Source: Candidatus Microgenomates bacterium
GTDB taxonomy: Bacteria > Patescibacteriota > Microgenomatia > UBA8517 > JACQJR01
Assembly (NCBI GenBank): GCA_016204995.1
Contig: JACQJR010000001.1
Coordinates: 369,132-433,131 of the forward strand
DNA length: 64,000 nt
Reading direction: 5' to 3'
Of the stretch, positions 36,731-45,443 are shown piece by piece. The position numbers and the translations under genes were made by a program. How positions within the stretch are numbered: the first letter of the stretch is position 1; each line of letters begins with the position of its first letter. The notes under the pieces are model-generated. The model had not been told where the DNA came from, did no database searches, and worked only from the letters and a program-made list of their open reading frames with translations.

Positions 36731-37797
36731 GCTGGCAGATACTCCTTAATGTTACTTTCCGTAAGTTGCACTTGACTAGTTTTTCCCTCTACTATCAGTT
36801 TAGCTACTTTTCGCACAATTGCCTCAATGGTTCTTTCTAAAGTTCTCATCCCTGCATCATAACCTAATGGTCGCACAATTATCGGCCAGACGGAATCGGC
36901 AATTTGGACAGCTTGGGAATTAAGACCGGCTTCTGTTAAAGTCCGAGGCAATAAAAATTTACTGCCAATCACGATTTTTTCGCTATCGGTATAAGAGGGC
37001 ATGGGAATTACTTCCAACCGATCAAGGACGGCTGTCGCGATATTATTAGTATTATTGGCTGTCGCAATAAATAGAGCTTCTGATAAATCAAATGGGTAAT
37101 CAAGATAGCTATCAAAAAAAGCCACGTTTTGCTCCGGATCTAAAATTTCAACTAGTGCCCCCATAATAGAAGCCCGTGAGGTTTGTTCCACCCGATCAAT
37201 CTCGTCCAACAGTATCACCGGATTTTTGGCACCACTCCGAATTAAAGCTTTCATAATTTGGCCTGGTTCTGCTACCATGTCAAAACGAGGCCGACCCCGT
37301 AGCATCGCCACCTCTCCTAAACCGCCAAAGGGAATTCTGACAAAATTTCTACCTAAGGCCTGGCTAATTGATTTGGCAATCGTGGTTTTACCAGTACCGA
37401 CTAAACCGACGAAACATAAAATCGGCGCCCGCAGGGAATGATTACCTGCCTGCGCAGGCTTGTCTGCGCCAGCAGGCAGGTCTCCTTTTTCTTTTTTCAA
37501 TTTCATCACGGCCATATATTCCAAGACGCGTTCTTTCAAATCGTTTAGACCATAATGATTACTATCTAAAATTTGTTTAGCGTGGGTTAAATCCAGGGTG
37601 TCTGGCGTTCTTTTCTCCCAGGGTAAAGTTGTAACTACATCAATATATTCATCAAGTCTTTCGCGTTCAGTAAAAGGCATTTCGGAAGAGCTAAAGCGGG
37701 AGAGGTAATTATTAATCAGGTCAGCTAAATCACCCGGCAAAGAAGCTTGTTTAACTTTCTCGGAAAGCTTAGTTAATTCATCCGTTGGGACAGGCAT
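36727..37797 (-). CDS. Lon-like AAA+ ATPase module without N-terminal substrate domain or C-terminal S16 protease domain; carries a 36-bp in-frame palindromic insertion before Walker A
   Basis: 356 aa; HYGLNDLKERVLEYMAV, ILCFVGLVGTGKTT, VILLDEIDRV, EILDPEQN and YDAGMRTLER motifs typical of the Lon AAA+ domain; stop overlaps the rnj start (ATGA). Confidence 0.75.
   Translation of the reverse strand: MPVPTDELTKLSEKVKQASLPGDLADLINNYLSRFSSSEMPFTERERLDEYIDVVTTLPWEKRTPDTLDLTHAKQILDSNHYGLNDLKERVLEYMAVMKLKKEKGDLPAGADKPAQAGNHSLRAPILCFVGLVGTGKTTIAKSISQALGRNFVRIPFGGLGEVAMLRGRPRFDMVAEPGQIMKALIRSGAKNPVILLDEIDRVEQTSRASIMGALVEILDPEQNVAFFDSYLDYPFDLSEALFIATANNTNNIATAVLDRLEVIPMPSYTDSEKIVIGSKFLLPRTLTEAGLNSQAVQIADSVWPIIVRPLGYDAGMRTLERTIEAIVRKVAKLIVEGKTSQVQLTESNIKEYLPA
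37445..37480. repeat. 36-bp palindromic element (CCTGCCTGCGCAGGCTTGTCTGCGCCAGCAGGCAGG) inserted in-frame in the lon-like gene
   Basis: identical to 43062-43097; 9-bp terminal inverted repeats CCTGCCTGC/GCAGGCAGG; encodes LPAGADKPAQAG on the minus strand. Confidence 0.9.
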
Positions 37798-37806
37798 ACA
37801 ACTTAA

Positions 37807-40113
37807 TTATCTCTCATCTCGTCGTGATCTGAAAGGTCGCACTCCACGTCTTTCCGGCATAAAACGCGAAATAGGAAAATGCGGCGCCCGGCTCATTCCT
37901 CCCGGACGGCGGCCGAAATTACGCGGCCCGCGACTGTCGTTCCGATCAGATCTGACTGGACCACCACGATCCCTCCGATCATCAGTTTTCGCGCCTTCAC
38001 CATTTCTCATGGTTAAATTAATTCTACCCAACTCATCAATTTCCTTAACTTTGACAGTAACTTTTTGACCAATAGAAACTACTTCGTTGGGATCATTGAC
38101 AAATGAATCGGACAAATCAGAAATGTGGACTAAACCGTCTTTACCTGGCAAAATCTCCACAAAGGCCCCGAATGGCTGAATCCGTTTCACTTCCCCTTCG
38201 TAAACCTCCCCCGGCTGAACTTTTTTGGTTAAACCCTCTATCACGCTTCTGGCTTTCAGGACTGATTCATCACTTACGCCGCTGATATTAACTGTGCCGT
38301 CATCTTCCACCTCAATTTGAGCCCCGCTATCGGCCATAATCTTGCGGATCATCCGACCGCCCGGACCAATCACTTCGCCAATTAATTCGGTAGGAATATG
38401 CAGCATCACAATCCGGGGAGCGTATTCCGACAGCTTCTCCCGCGGCGCAGCTAAATGCTCGGTAATTTTAGCTAAAATATGCATTCTGCCTACTTTGGCC
38501 TTCTCCAAAGCTTGTTCCAAAATAGCCACTGTCAACTCTAACGTTTTGACATCTAATTGAATAGCGGTAATACCTTCACTCGTGCCTGCTACCTTAAAAT
38601 CCATATCGCCCGAGCCATCTTCAATACCGGCAATATCAGATAAAACTACAAAGTTGTCTTTATCTATTACCAAACCCATGGCAATACCGGCTACTGGCCG
38701 GGAAATTGGCACGCCGGCATCCATTAAGGCTAGCGTGGAACCGCAAGTAGAAGCCATAGAAGTGGAACCGTTGGAAGATAAAATTTCTGACACCACGTGA
38801 ATTGCATAGGGAAACTTTTCTTCACTAGGCAAAACTGGCATGAGAGCTCTTTCTGCCAAGGCTCCATGGCCGATTTCGCGGCGGTTAGGACTGCCAATCC
38901 GACCAGTTTCGCCAGTGGCATAAGGCGGCATGGAATAATAATGCATATAGCGCTTGGTTTCTTCGCCTTCGGCCGACTCTATCTTTTGTTCTAAACTAGG
39001 AGCACCTAGCGTTGCTACTGACAAAGCTTGAGTTTGGCCACGGGTAAAAATGGCTGAACCATGAGTGCGGGGCAAAATACCAGTTTGAACGGTAATTTGA
39101 CGAATTTCTTCTGGTTTACGACCATCTGGCCGAATACCTTTCAAAAGTTTATCTCTTAATCTTTTACGAACAATTTCTTCAAAAACGAAGGAGGCTTGTT
39201 GATCAGTGATGTGGAAATCTTCTTTAATGGCAGCCTTGATGGCAGCTGCTTCTTGCTCACTGGTACGGTTGGTAGCCCGGCCAATGGCCCATTCTTCAAT
39301 CTGATCACCATATTTTTTATCAATTTCGGCACTTTCTTTAATCTTGGCTGAAGAGGTTGGTAATTGTTTAGCTCCTACTTTTTGGACAAATTCGTTAATT
39401 CCGGTTTGTATAACTTTAATTTCGCGTTGTGCAGCAGTGATGGCTCCAATGATCTTTTCCTCGCTGATCTCACGAGAGCCTGCTTCTAACATTAAAATTG
39501 ATTCATCATGTCCAGTCACCACTAAATCAAGGTCGGAAAATTTCAATTCTGACTCTAAAGGATTAATAATAAAATCACCATTGATGGCGCCTACTCTAAC
39601 TACCCCGACTGGCCCCTTCCAAGGGGTACCAGCTAAAGCTAGAGCTGCTGAAGCTGCTACCGCTGATAAAACTGCCGGATCATTTTCCGCGTCAACCGAC
39701 AGGGTAGTTAAAACTACTTGGACTTCATCACGATAATCTTTAGGAAAGAGGGGACGAAGAGAGCGATCAATTAAACGACCGGACAGAATTGCCTCGTCAC
39801 TTGGCCTACCTTCTCGTTTGACCCATTGGCTACCTTTGATCCGGCCACCGGCGTAAAGTCTTTCCACATAATCAACCGTCATCGGCATATAACCAGGATC
39901 ATTAAGTAATGGTTTAACCACCACGGTCGCCAAAACTATTAAATCGCCATAGCGAGCCATGACCGCGCCGCTGGCAAAGCCGGCAATATCACCAGTTGAG
40001 AAAATTAATTTTCTGCCTGCGACTTCAAATTCGTGGGTAATCTTCTCACGAGTCATTTTTACTTGAGTAACTTTTTTTTGAGTTTCTTTTTTCATTCTTT
40101 CTTTGTCTAACAT
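37807..40113 (-). CDS. pnp: polyribonucleotide nucleotidyltransferase (PNPase) with Arg-rich C-terminal tail
   Basis: 768 aa; two RNase PH domains, KH and S1 domains; C-terminal DRRDRGGPVRSDRNDSRGPRNFGRRPGG... Confidence 0.95.
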   Translation of the reverse strand: MLDKERMKKETQKKVTQVKMTREKITHEFEVAGRKLIFSTGDIAGFASGAVMARYGDLIVLATVVVKPLLNDPGYMPMTVDYVERLYAGGRIKGSQWVKREGRPSDEAILSGRLIDRSLRPLFPKDYRDEVQVVLTTLSVDAENDPAVLSAVAASAALALAGTPWKGPVGVVRVGAINGDFIINPLESELKFSDLDLVVTGHDESILMLEAGSREISEEKIIGAITAAQREIKVIQTGINEFVQKVGAKQLPTSSAKIKESAEIDKKYGDQIEEWAIGRATNRTSEQEAAAIKAAIKEDFHITDQQASFVFEEIVRKRLRDKLLKGIRPDGRKPEEIRQITVQTGILPRTHGSAIFTRGQTQALSVATLGAPSLEQKIESAEGEETKRYMHYYSMPPYATGETGRIGSPNRREIGHGALAERALMPVLPSEEKFPYAIHVVSEILSSNGSTSMASTCGSTLALMDAGVPISRPVAGIAMGLVIDKDNFVVLSDIAGIEDGSGDMDFKVAGTSEGITAIQLDVKTLELTVAILEQALEKAKVGRMHILAKITEHLAAPREKLSEYAPRIVMLHIPTELIGEVIGPGGRMIRKIMADSGAQIEVEDDGTVNISGVSDESVLKARSVIEGLTKKVQPGEVYEGEVKRIQPFGAFVEILPGKDGLVHISDLSDSFVNDPNEVVSIGQKVTVKVKEIDELGRINLTMRNGEGAKTDDRRDRGGPVRSDRNDSRGPRNFGRRPGGMSRAPHFPISRFMPERRGVRPFRSRRDER

Positions 40114-40139
40114 CTAAATTCTAATATCTAAAATCTAAC

Positions 40140-40415
40140 TTATGGAAGCTTTTCCTCTTTTAATTGCGACATCAGTTTAGCGTATCTTGTTTTATCCCGT
40201 CTTTCTAAATAACTTAATAATCTTCTCCTTTTGGCTACCATTGATAAAAGACCGCGACGGGAATGATCATCTTTTTTATGAGTTTGCAAATGTTGAGCTA
40301 GTTTTTGAATTTGGACGGAAAGAAGTGCTATTTGTACTTCAGGACTGCCTGTATCTTTCTCTCCCTGACCAAATTTTTCAATGATTCTCTGCTTTTCTTG
40401 AGGCTCAAGTGCCAT
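40140..40415 (-). CDS. rpsO: 30S ribosomal protein S15
   Basis: 91 aa; [49 protein letters not shown]15 signature; upstream of pnp. Confidence 0.85.
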   Translation of the reverse strand: MALEPQEKQRIIEKFGQGEKDTGSPEVQIALLSVQIQKLAQHLQTHKKDDHSRRGLLSMVAKRRRLLSYLERRDKTRYAKLMSQLKEEKLP

Positions 40416-40532
40416 AACCTAAACGAGAAACAAAGTAAATCGAAATTCCCGAAGAACCTTGTTTTCAATCCTTTTCGTGAATTATATCACTAAATTTCTG
40501 CTTTAGCAAGCAGTAAATAATTACCTTAAAGA

Positions 40533-41111
40533 TTAGGCTGTGTGTCGTTGTGAAGGATGACGTAATTTTTCCAGAGCTCTAGTTAAAGATTGTTCTACCT
40601 CATCCGGGGAAATGTTCATACTTTGGGCAATTACTTCTAATTCCTCGGGCCGACCGGTAAACAAACCAAAATATCTATGGATAATTAAATTTTCTCTCTC
40701 TGTTAAGATCCCAAGCACTTCTTTTACTTCATCCTTAATACCTTCAGGATATTTTTCATTGTATTTCGCTTTAATTTCCTCGTATGATAAGGAAGTATCA
40801 ACTGCCTCTCCTACTTGTTTTGCCATCCTTACTCTTTGCCTTTCCTGTCGTTCTTCATCTTGTTTAGCTAAATAATCGGCAGGCCTATTAACTATCTCTT
40901 GAAAATCAGGATAATCCTCAAATATATTCATTAATAACTTATCTTCTGCCGTTAATTTAGTCTGTAAATCTATATATGCTTGAGGTGTACCCTCCGGCCA
41001 GCGCCCATCTTTTCTTCGTGTGTTTCTCTCTTCTTCGGTCATAGAAGCTTCCCAATTAAAGAATTCCTGCCATTCTTGAGGAACAAATTTTGGTTGTCTT
41101 TCTTCTGTCAT
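40533..41111 (-). CDS. hypothetical protein with C-terminal sigma-70 region-4-like HTH
   Basis: 192 aa; the C-terminal 60 aa (LTERENLIIHRYFGLFTGRPEELEVIAQSMNISPDEVEQSLTRALEKLRHP) resemble sigma-70 region 4.2; no region 2. Confidence 0.45.
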   Translation of the reverse strand: MTEERQPKFVPQEWQEFFNWEASMTEEERNTRRKDGRWPEGTPQAYIDLQTKLTAEDKLLMNIFEDYPDFQEIVNRPADYLAKQDEERQERQRVRMAKQVGEAVDTSLSYEEIKAKYNEKYPEGIKDEVKEVLGILTERENLIIHRYFGLFTGRPEELEVIAQSMNISPDEVEQSLTRALEKLRHPSQRHTA

Positions 41112-41156
41112 TTGAGAATATTATAATACCGTTTCACTAAAAGTCAATCTCTATAT

Positions 41157-41357
41157 TTAAGTTAGCTCTTCTTTTTTAATTCCAGATTGTCTAAGTATAC
41201 TTTGCAAGGTGCCTGGTTTTAAATCTTTATTGTGATATGGCACTGTAACTCTTAAATCACTTTTTCTATATAATCTATGACTACCTTTTTGTCGGATAAA
41301 TTGAAACCCTTCTTTTTCCAAGACTTTAATAATTTGTCTTGGTTTGACAGATTTCAT
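41157..41357 (-). CDS. hicA: HicA-family mRNA interferase toxin
   Basis: 66 aa; QIIKVLEKEGFQFIRQKGSHRLYRK... with conserved GSH. Confidence 0.75.
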   Translation of the reverse strand: MKSVKPRQIIKVLEKEGFQFIRQKGSHRLYRKSDLRVTVPYHNKDLKPGTLQSILRQSGIKKEELT

Positions 41358-41593
41358 AGACTAACTTGGATGGGGGAAACCACAATGGGTTTAGATTCAC
41401 GGGGAATTTCTGTTCCTTTTAAATCTTCTACATAAAGTTCTGCCGCTTCTTTAATATTATCTAAAGCTTCTTCAAAAAAATCCCCTTCAGAAATACAACC
41501 TGGCAAAGCAGGAATTGACACTGAATATCCCCCACCCTTTTCAGGCTCAAAAACCGCTGTATAAGTTAAAACTTGAGCCATTTTCTTGACCAT
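41354..41593 (-). CDS. hicB: HicB-family antitoxin (UPF0150-like)
   Basis: 79 aa; YTAVFEPEKGGGYSVSIPALPGCISEGDFFEEALDNIKEAAELYVED; 4-nt overlap with the downstream hicA. Confidence 0.65.
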   Translation of the reverse strand: MVKKMAQVLTYTAVFEPEKGGGYSVSIPALPGCISEGDFFEEALDNIKEAAELYVEDLKGTEIPRESKPIVVSPIQVSL

Positions 41594-41671
41594 GATGAAG
41601 ATATTATATCAAAAATAAGAAGGGAATCAAACCTCCGCTTTTTAAAAATTCTGAAATTGGGATTTGATTGC

Positions 41672-42487
41672 CTATGGCAATGCTGTGCCCTTGTAGACTT
41701 TGGGACCGAGCCATTCTTCCGGCGGATTTTCTTCCGCTGTGGCTACTTGCTGTTCGTTAATCACGCCACCCTTAATATGACCCTTCATTCGCATTAACTT
41801 GCCTGCCACTTCAAAAGTTTCCGGCCGGACGCGATTGGAGGTGAAATTAGCGGTTGCTCCCACTATTCCCATTAGTAGATTAGCCGCCATATCTTCATCT
41901 AACGGCAAATTATTATTGAGAATGTTAATAGCCATAATTTCACAAATAGAGGAAGTTTGCCGGTCAATCAGTTCTATCACCCGGCCGCGTCTGGCAAAAG
42001 CCGGAGTCGCCTGGACAGTAATAAATTGAGACACCGAATTTAAATCTTCCAATATTTGCTGATCTAATTGTACCTCGTTAATAATGCCCACCAGGATTAC
42101 CACATCGGCGTTCATACCACCCATTTGACTGCGGACTTGTTCCGGCGTAGGAGAAGCAAGATCTGCTTTAGGAACAATTGTTAAACGAAATTCTCCATGA
42201 TCAATGTCATAACTAACTTTTTCAATATTGGTGGCCGGATAACCAGCCAGACTAATAGTTAAATTGCTGCTACCCAGTTCGGTAGTTATTTTATCTACTC
42301 CCACCAGACGATTAAATTCTACCAGCATCGGAGAAGAACAGGAAATAGTCGTTTGTTTACCGTATTTATTTAAAGACAGAAAAAGAGATAGGCCGGCGGC
42401 CACTGTGTCAAAATCCGGCTCTTTCGGCAAAAGTATTAAAAAGTTTTTGCCTTGGGCAATAGCGTCTTGAAAATTTTTAGGTTCCAT
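41672..42487 (-). CDS. DHH/DHHA1-like phosphoesterase-fold protein (NrnA-like position after infB) with degenerate catalytic motifs
   Basis: 271 aa; N-terminal FLILLPKEPDFDTVAAGLSL resembles the NrnA start but the DHH triad is not obvious; synteny nusA-infB-X. Confidence 0.45.
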   Translation of the reverse strand: MEPKNFQDAIAQGKNFLILLPKEPDFDTVAAGLSLFLSLNKYGKQTTISCSSPMLVEFNRLVGVDKITTELGSSNLTISLAGYPATNIEKVSYDIDHGEFRLTIVPKADLASPTPEQVRSQMGGMNADVVILVGIINEVQLDQQILEDLNSVSQFITVQATPAFARRGRVIELIDRQTSSICEIMAINILNNNLPLDEDMAANLLMGIVGATANFTSNRVRPETFEVAGKLMRMKGHIKGGVINEQQVATAEENPPEEWLGPKVYKGTALP

Positions 42488-42496
42488 TTATATTAA

Positions 42497-43936
42497 TTAC
42501 CTTACGGACTCTAACACATCTCCAATCTGAAAGTCAACAGTACCTGCAAAAATAAGGCCGCATTCTTGACCTTTTTCCACTTTATCCACTGTTTTGTCTG
42601 CTTGTTTCATGGAACTTATCTTAACCTTACCGATAACTTCCCCTTTTCTACTTAAAGTTAAATTATCGCCGCGGGCAATTCGGCCTTCAGCGACACGAAT
42701 TCCGGCAATTTTTTGATTCGCCCCAAAAGGAAATTGAGCAATAATTTCTGCCCTGCCTAAAATTTTAACTTCTTCTGCCACTTCTCCAGCCAAAGCTTTG
42801 GCTATCCAGTCAAAAATTTCATAAATAATGGCAAAAGAGAAAATTTTAACCTTGTCTTCTTCGGCTTGCTGGAGGACTTCTGGCGGGACTTTGACCCCGA
42901 AGGCAATAATGGTAGCGCCAAAAGAACTAGCCAGCGCTACATCGCCGGCAGTCACTTCACCAGTACCGCTAGATAAAACTACTACTTCGCTAGACAATCC
43001 TGCCATTAACGCTTCTAGTCTGCCGGCCGTATCAGCCTTGATAATTAAAGAGAGTTTTGCTCCTGCCTGCGCAGGCTTGTCTGCGCCAGCAGGCAGGCCT
43101 TCTTTAACTTCTTGTTGTTTAACGTTAGCTGATTCCACCTTCACCACCCCACCTTCGCCCGCAAGTTTTACCTGACTGCCGACTGTCGGTACTTTTTCCA
43201 ACCCTAAAATTTGCCCGGCCTGTCCCGGCAACACTGACTCTAAATTTTGGCCTTGATCACCGATTAAAGCCTTAACTTTTCCCACTACTTCACCAGCTGT
43301 AATTTTATCGCCCAAATTAAGCTGTCCATTTCTGACAATGACAGTGGCTAAGGCTCCCTTCCGGCTGTCAAATTGCGATTCAATCACTGTAGCTTCTAAG
43401 ACGGCTTCGCTGTCGCCTTTAATCTCGTGAATTTCACTTACCAAACTAATCATTTCTAGTAAATGAGAAATTCCCTGACCGGTTTTACTGGATACTTCCG
43501 TCACCACAATATCGCCGCCGCGACCCTCCAGAAGAATTCCTTCTTTTTCTAGTTCTTGTTTGACTCGCTCTGGTTGGGCAGTCGGTAAATCAACTTTAGT
43601 TAAAACAACGATAAAAGGCACCTGGGCGGCGCGGATAAATTGCAAAGACTCCCTAGTTTGCGGTTTAACCCCATCATCGGCTGCCACAATTAATAACACA
43701 ATATCAGCCACATTGGCTCCCCGTGAACGCATTTGAGAAAAAGCGGCATGGCCGGGAGTATCTATAAAAGTGATGGGTTGAGAGTTATGAGTTATGAGGT
43801 AAGCGCCGATGTGCTGGGTAATACTGCCTGCTTCCCGAGAGGCTACGTTAGTTTTACGGATCGCGTCTAACAGGGAAGTTTTGCCATGATCAACATGGCC
43901 TAAAACGGCGACAATCGGTGAAAGTGATATATTCAT
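42497..43936 (-). CDS. infB: translation initiation factor IF-2, minimal form starting at the G domain; carries the 36-bp in-frame palindromic insertion
   Basis: 479 aa; [27 protein letters not shown] motifs; C-terminal IF2 beta-barrel; insertion LPAGADKPAQAG in domain II. Confidence 0.9.
   Translation of the reverse strand: MNISLSPIVAVLGHVDHGKTSLLDAIRKTNVASREAGSITQHIGAYLITHNSQPITFIDTPGHAAFSQMRSRGANVADIVLLIVAADDGVKPQTRESLQFIRAAQVPFIVVLTKVDLPTAQPERVKQELEKEGILLEGRGGDIVVTEVSSKTGQGISHLLEMISLVSEIHEIKGDSEAVLEATVIESQFDSRKGALATVIVRNGQLNLGDKITAGEVVGKVKALIGDQGQNLESVLPGQAGQILGLEKVPTVGSQVKLAGEGGVVKVESANVKQQEVKEGLPAGADKPAQAGAKLSLIIKADTAGRLEALMAGLSSEVVVLSSGTGEVTAGDVALASSFGATIIAFGVKVPPEVLQQAEEDKVKIFSFAIIYEIFDWIAKALAGEVAEEVKILGRAEIIAQFPFGANQKIAGIRVAEGRIARGDNLTLSRKGEVIGKVKISSMKQADKTVDKVEKGQECGLIFAGTVDFQIGDVLESVR
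43062..43097. repeat. 36-bp palindromic element, in-frame in infB
   Basis: identical to 37445-37480; same reading frame; encodes LPAGADKPAQAG. Confidence 0.9.
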
Positions 43937-44010
43937 AATTCAAATAATCGTAATACCCAGAAAACTCAGCTTGCCAGAACTTCAGAGAATCAGATAATCT
44001 GATAGGTAAA

Positions 44011-45072
44011 TTAACTAGCTTGCTCATGTTCTGGCTCTACTGGTTTACTGATACTTTGATTTTCCGAGTTCTCCGAGTTGTCTGGTTCTTTGATAGGGCT
44101 CTCCGAGCCCTCAATATCAATATCAAAACCAGTTAGGATAGCGGCCAGTCTAACATTTTGCCCTTCCTTACCAATCGCTAGAGAAAGTTGATCAGTAGGC
44201 GCTTTGACGATCGCTTTTTTATTTTTAGGATCAAGCGAAACTGACAAATTCTGGGCTGGCGCGAGAGCCGACGTAATCAGCTGCGTCATTTCATCCGTCC
44301 AGGGAATAACATCAATTTTTTCTCCGCCTAATTCATTAATAACTGCCTGGACTCGCACGCCTTTTTGGCCAACACAAGAGCCGACCGGATCAACTCCGGA
44401 GGTGCTGGATTTAACAGCAATTTTAGTGCGGACCCCAGGTTCTCTGGCAATAGCATAAATTTCCACCGAACCGCCAGCAATTTCCGGAACTTCTCTGGCA
44501 AATAATTTTTTGACAAATTCAGGATCTGCCCGGGAAACGATTAAATCCTTGCCTTTAGCTCCTTCGCGAATTTCTTTTAATAAGAAAGTTAATCTTTGGG
44601 AAAGCTCTAGCCTTTCATTGGGAATTCGTTCACCGGCCGGAAAAAGGGCTTCAGTTTTACCTAAATCCACCCGGGCATTTTGGCCGTCAAAGCGCAAAAT
44701 CACCCCGCTGACCAGTTGACCAATCCGACTCTCAAAACCAGCTAAAATGGCTTCCTTTTCTACCTCCCGGGTTTTTTGTCTGAAGATCTGTCGAAAAGTT
44801 TGAGCGGCAATTCTGGTAAAACCAGGAGGCGTCACTTCAGTCTTTTTTTTACCTTCAACTTTGAAAATTGAAACTTCACCGGTCAGAGAATTAATTTCTG
44901 CGGTAAATTCTTCTTCCTCGGCAACTTCCACGCCTTGTTCCCGCATTTCCCGGCGATAGGCCCCAATTAAGGCCAGCTTTAACTGATCCATTAAAACTTC
45001 CGGCGTTAAACCCCGCTCGGCAGCAAGAGCCGTTAGTGCTTGGGCAAATTCTGATCTTGGTAATTGCGGCAT
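44011..45072 (-). CDS. nusA: transcription termination/antitermination factor NusA
   Basis: 353 aa; S1 and two KH domains (GVDPVGSCVGQKGVRVQAV..., LAIGKEGQNVRLAA); acidic C-terminal tail. Confidence 0.9.
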   Translation of the reverse strand: MPQLPRSEFAQALTALAAERGLTPEVLMDQLKLALIGAYRREMREQGVEVAEEEEFTAEINSLTGEVSIFKVEGKKKTEVTPPGFTRIAAQTFRQIFRQKTREVEKEAILAGFESRIGQLVSGVILRFDGQNARVDLGKTEALFPAGERIPNERLELSQRLTFLLKEIREGAKGKDLIVSRADPEFVKKLFAREVPEIAGGSVEIYAIAREPGVRTKIAVKSSTSGVDPVGSCVGQKGVRVQAVINELGGEKIDVIPWTDEMTQLITSALAPAQNLSVSLDPKNKKAIVKAPTDQLSLAIGKEGQNVRLAAILTGFDIDIEGSESPIKEPDNSENSENQSISKPVEPEHEQAS

Positions 45073-45086
45073 AATTTTATTTTCTA

Positions 45087-45114
45087 CAAAAAGGGTGGGT
45101 CTAACTCCCCACCC
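45087..45114 (-). terminator. terminator-like hairpin plus U-run in the nusA leader (putative autoregulatory attenuator)
   Basis: minus strand GGGTGGGGAGTTAGACCCACCC followed by TTTTTG, about 12 nt before the nusA ATG. Confidence 0.45.
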
Positions 45115-45131
45115 AACCTCACTACATGGGT

Positions 45132-45160
45132 AGTATAAAGCGAAACTGACTAACAGTCAA
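45132..45160 (-). promoter_or_regulatory. candidate nusA promoter (TTGACT-N17-TATACT)
   Basis: the reverse complement reads TTGACTGTTAGTCAGTTTCGCTTTATACT. Confidence 0.5.
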
Positions 45161-45180
45161 CCGGCCGGTTGATTTTTTAG

Positions 45181-45339
45181 TTATTGGCTCTGAGAACTTT
45201 CACCCTCTTCGCCTTCACTTTTTTCTTCTTCACTACCCATAGGTTGGCCTGGATGAGCTTCGTTGTGATGTCGCTCATGTTCTTCCTGGGTATCAAATTC
45301 CATACCGCAAATGTTACAAACAAATGGTTTATCAACCAT
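45181..45339 (-). CDS. small C2H2-type zinc-finger protein with acidic tail (not in the supplied ORF track; below 60 aa)
   Basis: my own minus-strand translation gives MVDKPFVCNICGMEFDTQEEHERHHNEAHPGQPMGSEEEKSEGEEGESSQSQ (52 aa); CxxC-x12-HxxxH spacing. Confidence 0.4.
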   Translation of the reverse strand: MVDKPFVCNICGMEFDTQEEHERHHNEAHPGQPMGSEEEKSEGEEGESSQSQ

Positions 45340-45443
45340 ATCTATCACCTCCCTCCATAGTTAAATTAAAACCATACAGTATGTGAATTGTTTAAGAGGC
45401 AAGAAAGAGAATAGTAAGTAGAAATTATGGCTTTAGAAAATCA

